Source: a virus. From it: a DNA stretch of 23,887 bases. The DNA lies in IMG/VR virus record IMGVR_UViG_3300011008_000259; one strand, given 5' to 3'. The notes beneath the pieces are model-generated. The model ran no database searches and was not told where the DNA came from. It worked only from the letters and a program-made list of their open reading frames with translations. How positions within the stretch are numbered: position 1 is the first letter of the stretch; every line of letters begins with the position of its first letter. Position numbers and translations under genes: made by a program. This document shows, one piece after another, positions 1 to 7,538 of this stretch.

Positions 1-112
1 ATAATAATCCAGTATATAATTTCGAGAATATTATCCAGACTGGATTACGTATAAACCCAATTCACATATTATAGAATTCCGGTTTTTGAAAAATTTTAAG
101 CCTCTTAATACG

Positions 113-137
113 TTTTTTAATTGTATATTATATATTA
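113..137 (+). promoter_or_regulatory. Conserved intergenic motif copy A (TTTTTTAATTGTATATTATATATTA), putative phage promoter upstream of the gene starting at 203
   Basis: The 17-nt core TTTTAATT(A/G)TATATTAT recurs at 1795-1820, 7460-7485 and 17390-17420 on the + strand and at 10662-10685 on the - strand. Every copy is intergenic and upstream of a co-oriented start codon. Confidence 0.5.
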
Positions 138-202
138 GTATAAGCTATAGATTATATTTAATTTGATCGATAACTTAACATTAAAGGAGGTTTAAAAAAT
201 CG

Positions 203-1723
203 ATGGGTAAGAAAAATAAAAAGGTTACTAATAATAACCGGCCTGGAGCTAATCACGCACGCTTCAGAAATATTAGTCTGAAGACAAAACAAGCTATTCT
301 TCAAGACATTGCTGCTGGAATGGATAGATATACTATTGCTAAAAAGCATAATGTGAGTTCCAGTGAAGTTAAAAGGCTAAAGAAATTTAATTCACGTGAA
401 ATGATGGATTTACGAAATTCGGAAATTTGTAATGATGTCACATTATCGGAGAAGGAAATGATGGATATGATTAAACCACCAATTGGATCAAGGTACAATT
501 CGATCTTCAATGCAGCATCTATTACTCAGGATTCTAGGATTAATCAAGATATACAAGATAAATCTATAGAATCTATAATAAAAGAAGTTGAGGAAGAGAA
601 GATCAAATCAGTTGAAGAGAAAGTAGTATTAACAGAGACTACAAAAATAGAAACTGAAAATATTACAACCAAACAGCATTTCGGAGCTAAAATTAAAGTT
701 ACCGATGATAATGTATTTAATATACTAGAAGAGTTGAAATCTCAGAGATATACTCAGAGAAAGATAGCCGAGATGTATGGAATATCTCCATCTCTTGTTG
801 GACAGATTAAGAATGGACAGGGGAGATTTAAAGCTATCATTGAACGTTATAAATCAATCAATGAAACAACTACATTGATTGATAAACCGGAATTAATTTC
901 TTCGAGTAAAGCAGATATTTTAAATGAAAATAATGCTATTGAAGTAGATTCCTTAATAGCAATTCCTACGGTGGAATCTATTAAAGATAGCGACAAAATC
1001 AATCAGCAAGTTAGTAAAATAATATCAAATGATAATATTCTTACTAAGCGCACTAAAGTTACTACTGGTATTAGAGTCGGAATGATTAATGGTAGACATG
1101 ATATGCCAGTAGATATATTTATCTTTGATAACGTATCCGATTCTTTGATGGTGGATTTTCCAAGACAACATCAGAAAGCATGTTCTAGAATACAAGAAAT
1201 TCTTGATAGCAAAACTAGTAATAGTACTGCTAAGAATTTAATAGTATATGTTACTGGATTAACTTCAGTATTAGCTTCTGTAATCAGAGCATGCTTAGAT
1301 CTTAAAGTTAATTTAAGATTATTACACTGGAATCCCAACAGAGGTAAATATTATCCTCAGGATATTTTTACAGAATTCGGAGATAATAAATCTGTTAAAA
1401 ACCTGTGTCCTCCACAGCTTGAGAATATTCCTTGTAGGCAGTTATTTACTTGTGGATGCACTGGTGTAGAATTTGCCAAGAGAGGTTATGGATATCAGAT
1501 AACTGAGATCTACACTAAAACGAATAAAAATAGCAATGGAGTTGATAAAGATATTACTTTATTTACTGATCAGGATTATGCATGGGCATATTACAGAGCA
1601 GCATGTGAGAATTCAACTAAGGATGTTAATATTATCCTTAATAAAGTTTGCTTTGATAATGAGTCGATGCTTATCGTGCAGAAAACTTTAAGTAAATTAA
1701 TTAATACTTTAAACAATAATTAA
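203..1723 (+). CDS. DNA-binding protein with two helix-turn-helix motifs and a C-terminal alpha/beta domain of unknown function
   Basis: 506-aa ORF; GGAGG 12 nt upstream of the ATG. HTH-like segments are LKTKQAILQDIAAGMDRYTIAKKHNVSSSEVKRL and FNILEELKSQRYTQRKIAEMYGISPSLVGQIKNG. No DDE triad recognised. Confidence 0.55.
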   Translation: MGKKNKKVTNNNRPGANHARFRNISLKTKQAILQDIAAGMDRYTIAKKHNVSSSEVKRLKKFNSREMMDLRNSEICNDVTLSEKEMMDMIKPPIGSRYNSIFNAASITQDSRINQDIQDKSIESIIKEVEEEKIKSVEEKVVLTETTKIETENITTKQHFGAKIKVTDDNVFNILEELKSQRYTQRKIAEMYGISPSLVGQIKNGQGRFKAIIERYKSINETTTLIDKPELISSSKADILNENNAIEVDSLIAIPTVESIKDSDKINQQVSKIISNDNILTKRTKVTTGIRVGMINGRHDMPVDIFIFDNVSDSLMVDFPRQHQKACSRIQEILDSKTSNSTAKNLIVYVTGLTSVLASVIRACLDLKVNLRLLHWNPNRGKYYPQDIFTEFGDNKSVKNLCPPQLENIPCRQLFTCGCTGVEFAKRGYGYQITEIYTKTNKNSNGVDKDITLFTDQDYAWAYYRAACENSTKDVNIILNKVCFDNESMLIVQKTLSKLINTLNNN

Positions 1724-1731
1724 TATTTATA

Positions 1732-1770
1732 ATACCATAAAGAGAAATCTCTATGGTATTATATTTTTAA
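1732..1770 (+). terminator. Rho-independent terminator after the gene ending at 1723
   Basis: Hairpin ATACCATAAAGAG-AAAT-CTCTATGGTAT followed by a T-rich tract. Confidence 0.6.
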
Positions 1771-1794
1771 ATTATTTTTTATTATATTAAATCG

Positions 1795-1820
1795 TTTTTT
1801 AATTATATATTATATAATTA
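1795..1820 (+). promoter_or_regulatory. Conserved intergenic motif copy B (TTTTTTAATTATATATTATATAATTA)
   Basis: Same 17-nt core as copy A. It lies about 30 nt upstream of the ATG at 1846 of the disrupted Bro-N gene. Confidence 0.45.
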
Positions 1821-1845
1821 TAATATACTAAGAAGGTATTTATTT

Positions 1846-2533
1846 ATGTATGAATTTAATTCTATATAAGAAGTGCTAAGTTACATATTCGAAGATAAGA
1901 ATATTACTATTATTAATATTCCCGGAACTCCTCATCCATGGTTTATTGTAGATGAGATTAGAAATGCGTTAGGATATATTAGAAATGAAGTCTTAGGAGT
2001 TCTAAACATTCACGAATTACGTATTTTATGAAGTCGCACCATGAATGATGGTGCGACTTCATATTTAACTAGTAGAAGTTTTAGATGTTCTAAATATTCG
2101 CGAATTGCATGTTTTAGTAAGTCACCCCATGAATGATGGGGTGACCTCCTATTTAACTAGTATTAGTGCTTATCGTCCGACTGTAATGATTATATCATTA
2201 CCAGGATTATTTGAAATTATAATGCGTTCGAGAATGCCTAAAGCTAGAGAATTTCAGCATTGGCTATATTTCTCTGTATTACCTACACTGTATTATAATC
2301 CTCAACTCGTTCAGCAGATTAATACTTTAAATACTGATCTTCAGCAAAGTAGATATTTAACTAATGCTTATCGTAATGAGTGTATCGATTTACGTAAAGA
2401 GAAGATTAAACTTAATAAAGAAGTTAATTCTCTTAATGAGAAAATCGAAAGCGATGATAATAGTTTTTATGATTTAGCGAATATTTGTCAGTTTTATAAA
2501 GATTTATTAGACGAAAATGGAATTTATTATTAG
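1846..2533 (+). pseudogene. Bro-N (BRO family N-terminal) domain gene disrupted by an in-frame TAA at codon 8 and an 88-bp tandem duplication that frameshifts it
   Basis: ATG at 1846 with SD AGAAGG, then MYEFNSI followed by TAA at 1867-1869. The same frame then continues EVLSYIFEDKNITIINIPGTPHPWFIVDEIRNALGYIRNEVLGVLNIHELRIL and ends at TGA 2029-2031. The C-terminal half of Bro-N (ISLPGLFEIIMRSRMPKAREFQHWLYFSVLPTL) is in the +1 frame inside ORF 2105-2533. Conceptually deleting one 88-bp unit (1999-2086) rejoins the two halves into one continuous Bro-N-like frame. Confidence 0.6.
1999..2174 (+). repeat. Two tandem 88-bp direct repeat units (1999-2086 and 2087-2174), each containing a perfect 10-bp-stem hairpin
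   Basis: Unit 1 contains GTCGCACCAT-gaatg-ATGGTGCGAC and unit 2 contains GTCACCCCAT-gaatg-ATGGGGTGAC. The units are about 85% identical, and the two stem differences between copies are compensatory on both arms. Confidence 0.8.
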
Positions 2534-2547
2534 TTTATAATATATAT

Positions 2548-2590
2548 ATATACTGTAGAGATAACTCTCTACAGTATATTTTGTCTAAAC
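2548..2590 (+). terminator. Rho-independent terminator after ORF 2105-2533
   Basis: Perfect 13-bp stem ATATACTGTAGAG-ataact-CTCTACAGTATAT followed by TTTTG. Confidence 0.6.
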
Positions 2591-2652
2591 TCTTTTTTTA
2601 TCTCATGAGCGACATTTTATTAAATTTATAAGATAATATAGAAAGGAGTCTA

Positions 2653-5385
2653 ATGATGTCAGATATTACTAGCAAACATTTTTATTGTCTGGCTAAAGAA
2701 TCTAATTTATATGTATTAGATCCTTATAAGCATGGAAGAGATAATAAGTTATTATTTTATTCTCATCTTAAAGATGCTATTGATGCTATGCCATCATTTG
2801 CCGAAAATGAATTATATTCTGTATATGTACCTACACTGATAGATAAATTAAAAATACATGATGCTGAATATGGAGTAATGATAGCTACTGAACCGATAAG
2901 AGTGAAATTTTGTGGTTTATGTAGAATAGAAAAAAATAGTGATTATTTTGATAGGTTTGAACAACGTCTTATAGTAGATGAATCTTCTAGAAATCTAGCT
3001 AAAGTTATTAGTGATGAATATAGAGATAATGGACCATTAAAAGATCTTGAAGATTTTAGTTATTTGCTCGATCATACTCCATTAGATAAAATATATTTAT
3101 CATCTGATTGGCATCTATTTAAAGAAAAATATAAAAAAGAAAAGAATAGAGTTAATATAGATAAGATAATAGATTGGTGTCAAGATAATATTAAACCTAG
3201 TGATATATTTATGTATCTTGGAGATATAAGTTATAGATTTGCTTCATTACAAGATCAACAAAAATCTGCTAAAATAATGAAATCTATACCTGGTCATAAA
3301 TGTTTAATACTTGGTAATCATGATGTATTTATTGGGCAAGAATATTATAAAGATGCTGGGTTTGATTATGTATTTGAAGAATATGAATGGAGAAATATAA
3401 TTTTTTCTCATAGGCCATTAAAAATGGAACTTGATAAAGATAAACTTAATATACACGGTCATATGCATGAAGAAGTTACTTATAGAACTAGTAATGGAGA
3501 TCATCATGTTAATGTATATCCTTATTTTTATAATAATAAACCTGTAAATTTAAAATTTATATTAGATCATAAACAAGAATTAATGAAAGACCATGTATGG
3601 GAACCTAACTATGGTTACGGTGAAGGAGCTTTACCTGTGAGGAGTTACTTTCAAACATTGCACAGTTCCTCGGGTAATATTATAATTAATGAGTTGGCTT
3701 CTAGATATGGACGTGAATCTAGAAGATCTGTAGTATATTTCTCTAAAAATATTAATAGTAAAACTATTAAAGATATGATAGAAAAATTATCTATACAGCT
3801 TAAAAATAAAGTTGCTATAAAATTACATTTTGGCGAGAAAGGTAATAAGAATTATCTTAATCCTGAATTATTAAAAGATACTGTAGAATATTTAACTAAT
3901 AAAGATTATGATTATGCTTTAGTAGATTGTAATACCACATATGGTGGTTCTAGAGATACTACTGAGGGACATCTTAAAGTTGCTAGAGAGCATCATTTCT
4001 CTGATAATTATAAAGTAGAGATTTTAGATGCTAATGGTGGTATGACATTAAGTAATCCTGAATATAATAAGATAGAAAAAGAATTAGATAAAATAAATAC
4101 TAAAGAAGATATTAAATTATATCAGTTAAAATCTACACCCGGAATACATATTAAAGAAATTGATATTGGTAGCGGAATAAAAGATTACGGTAGTATGATA
4201 GTATATACCCATTTTAAAGGTCATGAAATGGCTGGATTTGGTGGAGCTATTAAGAATATTGGTATGGGTCTTGCTACTGGAAGAACTGGTAAGATGCAAA
4301 TCCATAGAGATTGGAAATCTGATAATTTATTCTTAGAGAGATTAGTAGAATCTGCTAATACTATAACATCATTCTATGATGGTAAAATGATATTTATTAA
4401 TATATTAGCTAACATATCATTGGAATGCGATTGCCATGGAGATTCTAAAGTGAAACCTGTGATGGACGATATTGGTATTGTTGCTGGTAGTGATATTGTT
4501 GCTGTAGAACAAGCATCTATAGATCTTATTAGAAAAGCTTCTGATAATAAAGAACTTATGGAACAAATATCTAATATCGGAGCTTATCATGCTATAGAGT
4601 ATGCTGAATGGTTAGGAATGGGTAATAGAGAATATATATTAAAAGATATTAATTGTAATAATATTAATATAGATGAATGTATACAAACTCATATGGGTAA
4701 ACATGTAACTGAATCTAGTATAGATGAATCTTTCTTATTATCTGATGATGATTTAATGTATAATTTCGATAAATTTTTATCTGGTGAGACTAATATGGCT
4801 CTTGTAGTAGGATTCTCCGGATCTGGTAAAAGTACTATAAGTGCTGCTATGAAAATGAATTCTAATTTGACTGTATTTTGTTCATTAGATGAATTGATTA
4901 ATATTGCTGATGGATTAATACAATTAAATCAAGCAAGTACTATAATGCAAAAATATTATAATCAAGTCGGAATTAAGCTATTACAATCTAGTGATTATTT
5001 AGATTATTCTTATAAAGCTGTTAATATATATTATTCTTTTATAAAATGGATTGATGATGTTGCTATGCATAGTAGTAATATTAAATTTGTTGTTGAAGGT
5101 CTCTGGCCATTATGTTTTAATGATAGGCCTGAAAGGTTTCAAAATATATGTGTTATTATCAAAGGAACTTCGTGGTTAACATCTACTTATAGAGCAGCTA
5201 ATAGAGATCAAAATAGACAAGATATTATGGCTAGATATGGTATGAAAGTATTTAAAAATGCTTTCCTCCGTTTTATAGAATATATTAAAAATAATTCATA
5301 TAGATTTGATAATAAAGATTTAATGATTAAAAATATAACTAAGTGGAGAGAATATTTTACTGCAAAACAAATAATGAAAAAATAA
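2653..5385 (+). CDS. Large multidomain protein: N-terminal unknown region, calcineurin-like metallophosphoesterase, DUF362-like domain, C-terminal P-loop kinase-like domain (polynucleotide kinase-phosphatase-like)
   Basis: 910 aa; SD AAAGGAG. MPP motifs are SSDWH, YLGDISYR, LGNHD, HRP and HGHMH. The P-loop is GFSGSGKST with a downstream SLDEL, which resembles T4 Pnk-type kinases. The central region carries KLHFGEKGN, THFKGHEMAGFGGAIKNIGMG and CDCHGD, which I remember as DUF362-like patterns. Confidence 0.6.
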   Translation: MMSDITSKHFYCLAKESNLYVLDPYKHGRDNKLLFYSHLKDAIDAMPSFAENELYSVYVPTLIDKLKIHDAEYGVMIATEPIRVKFCGLCRIEKNSDYFDRFEQRLIVDESSRNLAKVISDEYRDNGPLKDLEDFSYLLDHTPLDKIYLSSDWHLFKEKYKKEKNRVNIDKIIDWCQDNIKPSDIFMYLGDISYRFASLQDQQKSAKIMKSIPGHKCLILGNHDVFIGQEYYKDAGFDYVFEEYEWRNIIFSHRPLKMELDKDKLNIHGHMHEEVTYRTSNGDHHVNVYPYFYNNKPVNLKFILDHKQELMKDHVWEPNYGYGEGALPVRSYFQTLHSSSGNIIINELASRYGRESRRSVVYFSKNINSKTIKDMIEKLSIQLKNKVAIKLHFGEKGNKNYLNPELLKDTVEYLTNKDYDYALVDCNTTYGGSRDTTEGHLKVAREHHFSDNYKVEILDANGGMTLSNPEYNKIEKELDKINTKEDIKLYQLKSTPGIHIKEIDIGSGIKDYGSMIVYTHFKGHEMAGFGGAIKNIGMGLATGRTGKMQIHRDWKSDNLFLERLVESANTITSFYDGKMIFINILANISLECDCHGDSKVKPVMDDIGIVAGSDIVAVEQASIDLIRKASDNKELMEQISNIGAYHAIEYAEWLGMGNREYILKDINCNNINIDECIQTHMGKHVTESSIDESFLLSDDDLMYNFDKFLSGETNMALVVGFSGSGKSTISAAMKMNSNLTVFCSLDELINIADGLIQLNQASTIMQKYYNQVGIKLLQSSDYLDYSYKAVNIYYSFIKWIDDVAMHSSNIKFVVEGLWPLCFNDRPERFQNICVIIKGTSWLTSTYRAANRDQNRQDIMARYGMKVFKNAFLRFIEYIKNNSYRFDNKDLMIKNITKWREYFTAKQIMKK

Positions 5386-5494
5386 TATTTTATTATAGTA
5401 ATAACATAAAAAATAATAAAAATCTATTCTCTATTTATCTTATTTAGATTATTATTATTTATATAAATTATTTTAATAAAAAGGAGTCTTAACT

Positions 5495-6190
5495 ATGTTA
5501 GGCGGATATTTAATTAAAGTTGTTCCTGGTAAACTTCCTCAGAAAGTTGCTTCTGGTTTTGATAAGGTTTTTAATGGTTTTACTGGTGCTAGCTATACTC
5601 CCATTGCATATCTCGGTCATCAGGTTGTTAATGGAATTAACCACGCAGTTCTTTGTGAACAGAATCTTGTAACTGCTAAAGATGTTAAGGGTATTGCTAT
5701 TGTCGTTCTTAATGAAAAACCCGGTGATATCGGTGGAGAATCATTAGAGCTTGTTGAGATTAAATCATGCTTCACTGATAAAGGCATGAAACTTGGTGGC
5801 ATTAACATTACTCCTTCAGCAGAGATTCCTGAAGATGCTATGAAAGTTTGGAATAAGCATTTCGGAAGTGGTTTCTTTGGTGCTTCGAATAAACCATTTG
5901 CTCTTCTTGCTACACAGGTTGTTCATGGAGTTGCTTATTTCTATGCTGTTGAATCAACTATGATTGTTTCACCTATTGGGAATGACGGTCTTGTTATGAG
6001 TGCTGGCAATAATAAGTCAATTACTATTGTTAAACTCTTTAGCGAATATCCTGAGATGCAGTCTATGACTATTCTCGAAGGTGTTGAAGATGCTATTCTT
6101 GAGGGTACTGGAGAAGCAGCTCCTGGAGTGCTTGGACCTGTGCTTGTTGATAATCAGAAGAATGTTGTTAAGTACGCTTTTAATTGGTAA
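5495..6190 (+). CDS. Highly expressed 231-aa protein made of two tandem ~95-aa repeats, each with a cystatin-like Q-V-V-x-G motif
   Basis: SD AAGGAG. Repeat 1 is GFTGASYTPIAYLGHQVVNGINHAVLCEQ and repeat 2 is GFFGASNKPFALLATQVVHGVAYFYAVES. Codon usage differs sharply from the neighbours (GC about 38%; frequent CTT, GTT, GGT and CAG). Confidence 0.5.
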   Translation: MLGGYLIKVVPGKLPQKVASGFDKVFNGFTGASYTPIAYLGHQVVNGINHAVLCEQNLVTAKDVKGIAIVVLNEKPGDIGGESLELVEIKSCFTDKGMKLGGINITPSAEIPEDAMKVWNKHFGSGFFGASNKPFALLATQVVHGVAYFYAVESTMIVSPIGNDGLVMSAGNNKSITIVKLFSEYPEMQSMTILEGVEDAILEGTGEAAPGVLGPVLVDNQKNVVKYAFNW

Positions 6191-6203
6191 GTAAGTTATT
6201 TTA

Positions 6204-6240
6204 TTCTCTCTAGTCATTTGACTAGAGAGAATTATTGTAC
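6204..6240 (+). terminator. Rho-independent terminator after the gene ending at 6190
   Basis: Perfect 13-bp stem TTCTCTCTAGTCA-tt-TGACTAGAGAGAA followed by TTATTG. Confidence 0.6.
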
Positions 6241-6274
6241 AAAAAATATTAATATATGAAAAGAGGAAAATAAT

Positions 6275-6955
6275 ATGAGTGTTATAATAGGTGAAAATGG
6301 TATAATTCAATGCAGAGAAGATAAAATGATGATCCCTCTTTTAAGAGGCGATGATAAGATTAAATTAGATAATTTTTATAATTTTTTTATTAAACCTATG
6401 ATGTCCGGGTTTGTTGATATGGTATTTGATGTTTATAAACCCGTATTAGAAACAGCTATTAATAATTCAAGTGAATTTATTAAAAATACTGTTAAGATTA
6501 TTGATGAGCCATATGAGCATGTTATTTTAAAAAATAATGAAATAGCATCAGTTAGTGATATGTACGATACTTATGGTAAAGTATTTATGAAATATGATGC
6601 TCATAGATATAATATTGATGATACTGATGAATATACCGAACTTCAAGCTAGAGTATCATATTTAGGTGATTTTTATAATGAAGTTAACGATTCTATATGG
6701 AAACTAGATATAACTGAAATCTTAAAAGTGTATAATTTTGATAATAATAAGATACAGTTAGAAGGCCCATTAGCAGTTATAGATATGAATTTTAATAGCG
6801 ATCAGACTATTGCAGTATTTTGGTGCAGACCTAATATTGAAATAATGATTCCTTTGATTAAGGATACTTCATTAAGATTAGATAGTATATTACATTCAGA
6901 AAATAAAATATTAGATTTAAAACGTGAAATAGCTCAACTCTCATTAGTAAAATAA
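6275..6955 (+). CDS. Hypothetical protein
   Basis: 226-aa ORF with SD AGAGGAAA; no recognisable motif. Confidence 0.6.
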   Translation: MSVIIGENGIIQCREDKMMIPLLRGDDKIKLDNFYNFFIKPMMSGFVDMVFDVYKPVLETAINNSSEFIKNTVKIIDEPYEHVILKNNEIASVSDMYDTYGKVFMKYDAHRYNIDDTDEYTELQARVSYLGDFYNEVNDSIWKLDITEILKVYNFDNNKIQLEGPLAVIDMNFNSDQTIAVFWCRPNIEIMIPLIKDTSLRLDSILHSENKILDLKREIAQLSLVK

Positions 6956-6972
6956 ATTATAATATATAACTG

Positions 6973-7431
6973 GTGATCGATATGAGTGATAAAACTGCAT
7001 GGGTAGAGAAAAAATTTAAAATTTATGAACCGGGTAAATTAATACCTGATCTTAATAGAGTTTATGATGAAACATCATATAAAGAATCCATGGAGAATGA
7101 CCGTATTAAAGAATTAATGAAAAGTCATATGTTTCCTCTGTTGACTCATAATTATGTATTAAAACAAATTAATGATCCCAATTTATCTGAGGCAGCAAAA
7201 CTTAGTTATAAACCCGGAAAAGAGTTAGGTATAGTAACTGATTGGAAAATCGGAGAAATTACAACTATAATAAAACCAGAATATGTAAAAATCATCGATG
7301 ATTTAAAAATTGATACTGTTTTCCATTATATGATTGGAACAGAAGTGTATAAAAGTGAAGATGATTCTTATACGATAATTCGTAATATTAAAGTTATATT
7401 CTTTTATTTGAAAAATATAGAAATAAATTAA
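6973..7431 (+). CDS. Hypothetical protein
   Basis: 152-aa ORF with a GGTGA SD 5 nt upstream; no recognisable motif. Confidence 0.55.
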   Translation: MIDMSDKTAWVEKKFKIYEPGKLIPDLNRVYDETSYKESMENDRIKELMKSHMFPLLTHNYVLKQINDPNLSEAAKLSYKPGKELGIVTDWKIGEITTIIKPEYVKIIDDLKIDTVFHYMIGTEVYKSEDDSYTIIRNIKVIFFYLKNIEIN

Positions 7432-7459
7432 TATTTTTTTATTTATAAAGCTTAAATCT

Positions 7460-7485
7460 AATTTTAATTATATATTATATAATTA
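7460..7485 (+). promoter_or_regulatory. Conserved intergenic motif copy C (AATTTTAATTATATATTATATAATTA) overlapping the upstream terminator stem
   Basis: Same 17-nt core; about 55 nt upstream of the ATG at 7539. Confidence 0.45.
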
Positions 7486-7521
7486 ATGATACCGTTTCCG
7501 GTATCATTAATTTATTTTTTT
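7481..7521 (+). terminator. Rho-independent terminator after the gene ending at 7431
   Basis: Perfect 14-bp stem AATTAATGATACCG-tttc-CGGTATCATTAATT followed by TATTTTTTTG. Confidence 0.7.
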
Positions 7522-7538
7522 GAAAGGATTTTTATATT

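Noticed and set aside
158-510. Minus-strand ORFs 158-349 and 301-510 from the six-frame track
   Set aside because: They are short and antisense to the start of the well-supported 203-1723 gene, with no RBS. They look like shadow ORFs in AT-rich DNA.
203-1723. Possibility that the 2xHTH protein is an IS transposase
   Set aside because: No DDE or serine-recombinase catalytic motif was recognised in the C-terminal domain, and there are no flanking terminal inverted repeats or target-site duplications in the window.
5620-6310. Minus-strand ORFs 5620-5808 and 6017-6310
   Set aside because: They are antisense inside or overlapping strongly supported plus-strand genes (5495-6190 and 6275-6955). 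Their composition is low-complexity and there is no RBS.
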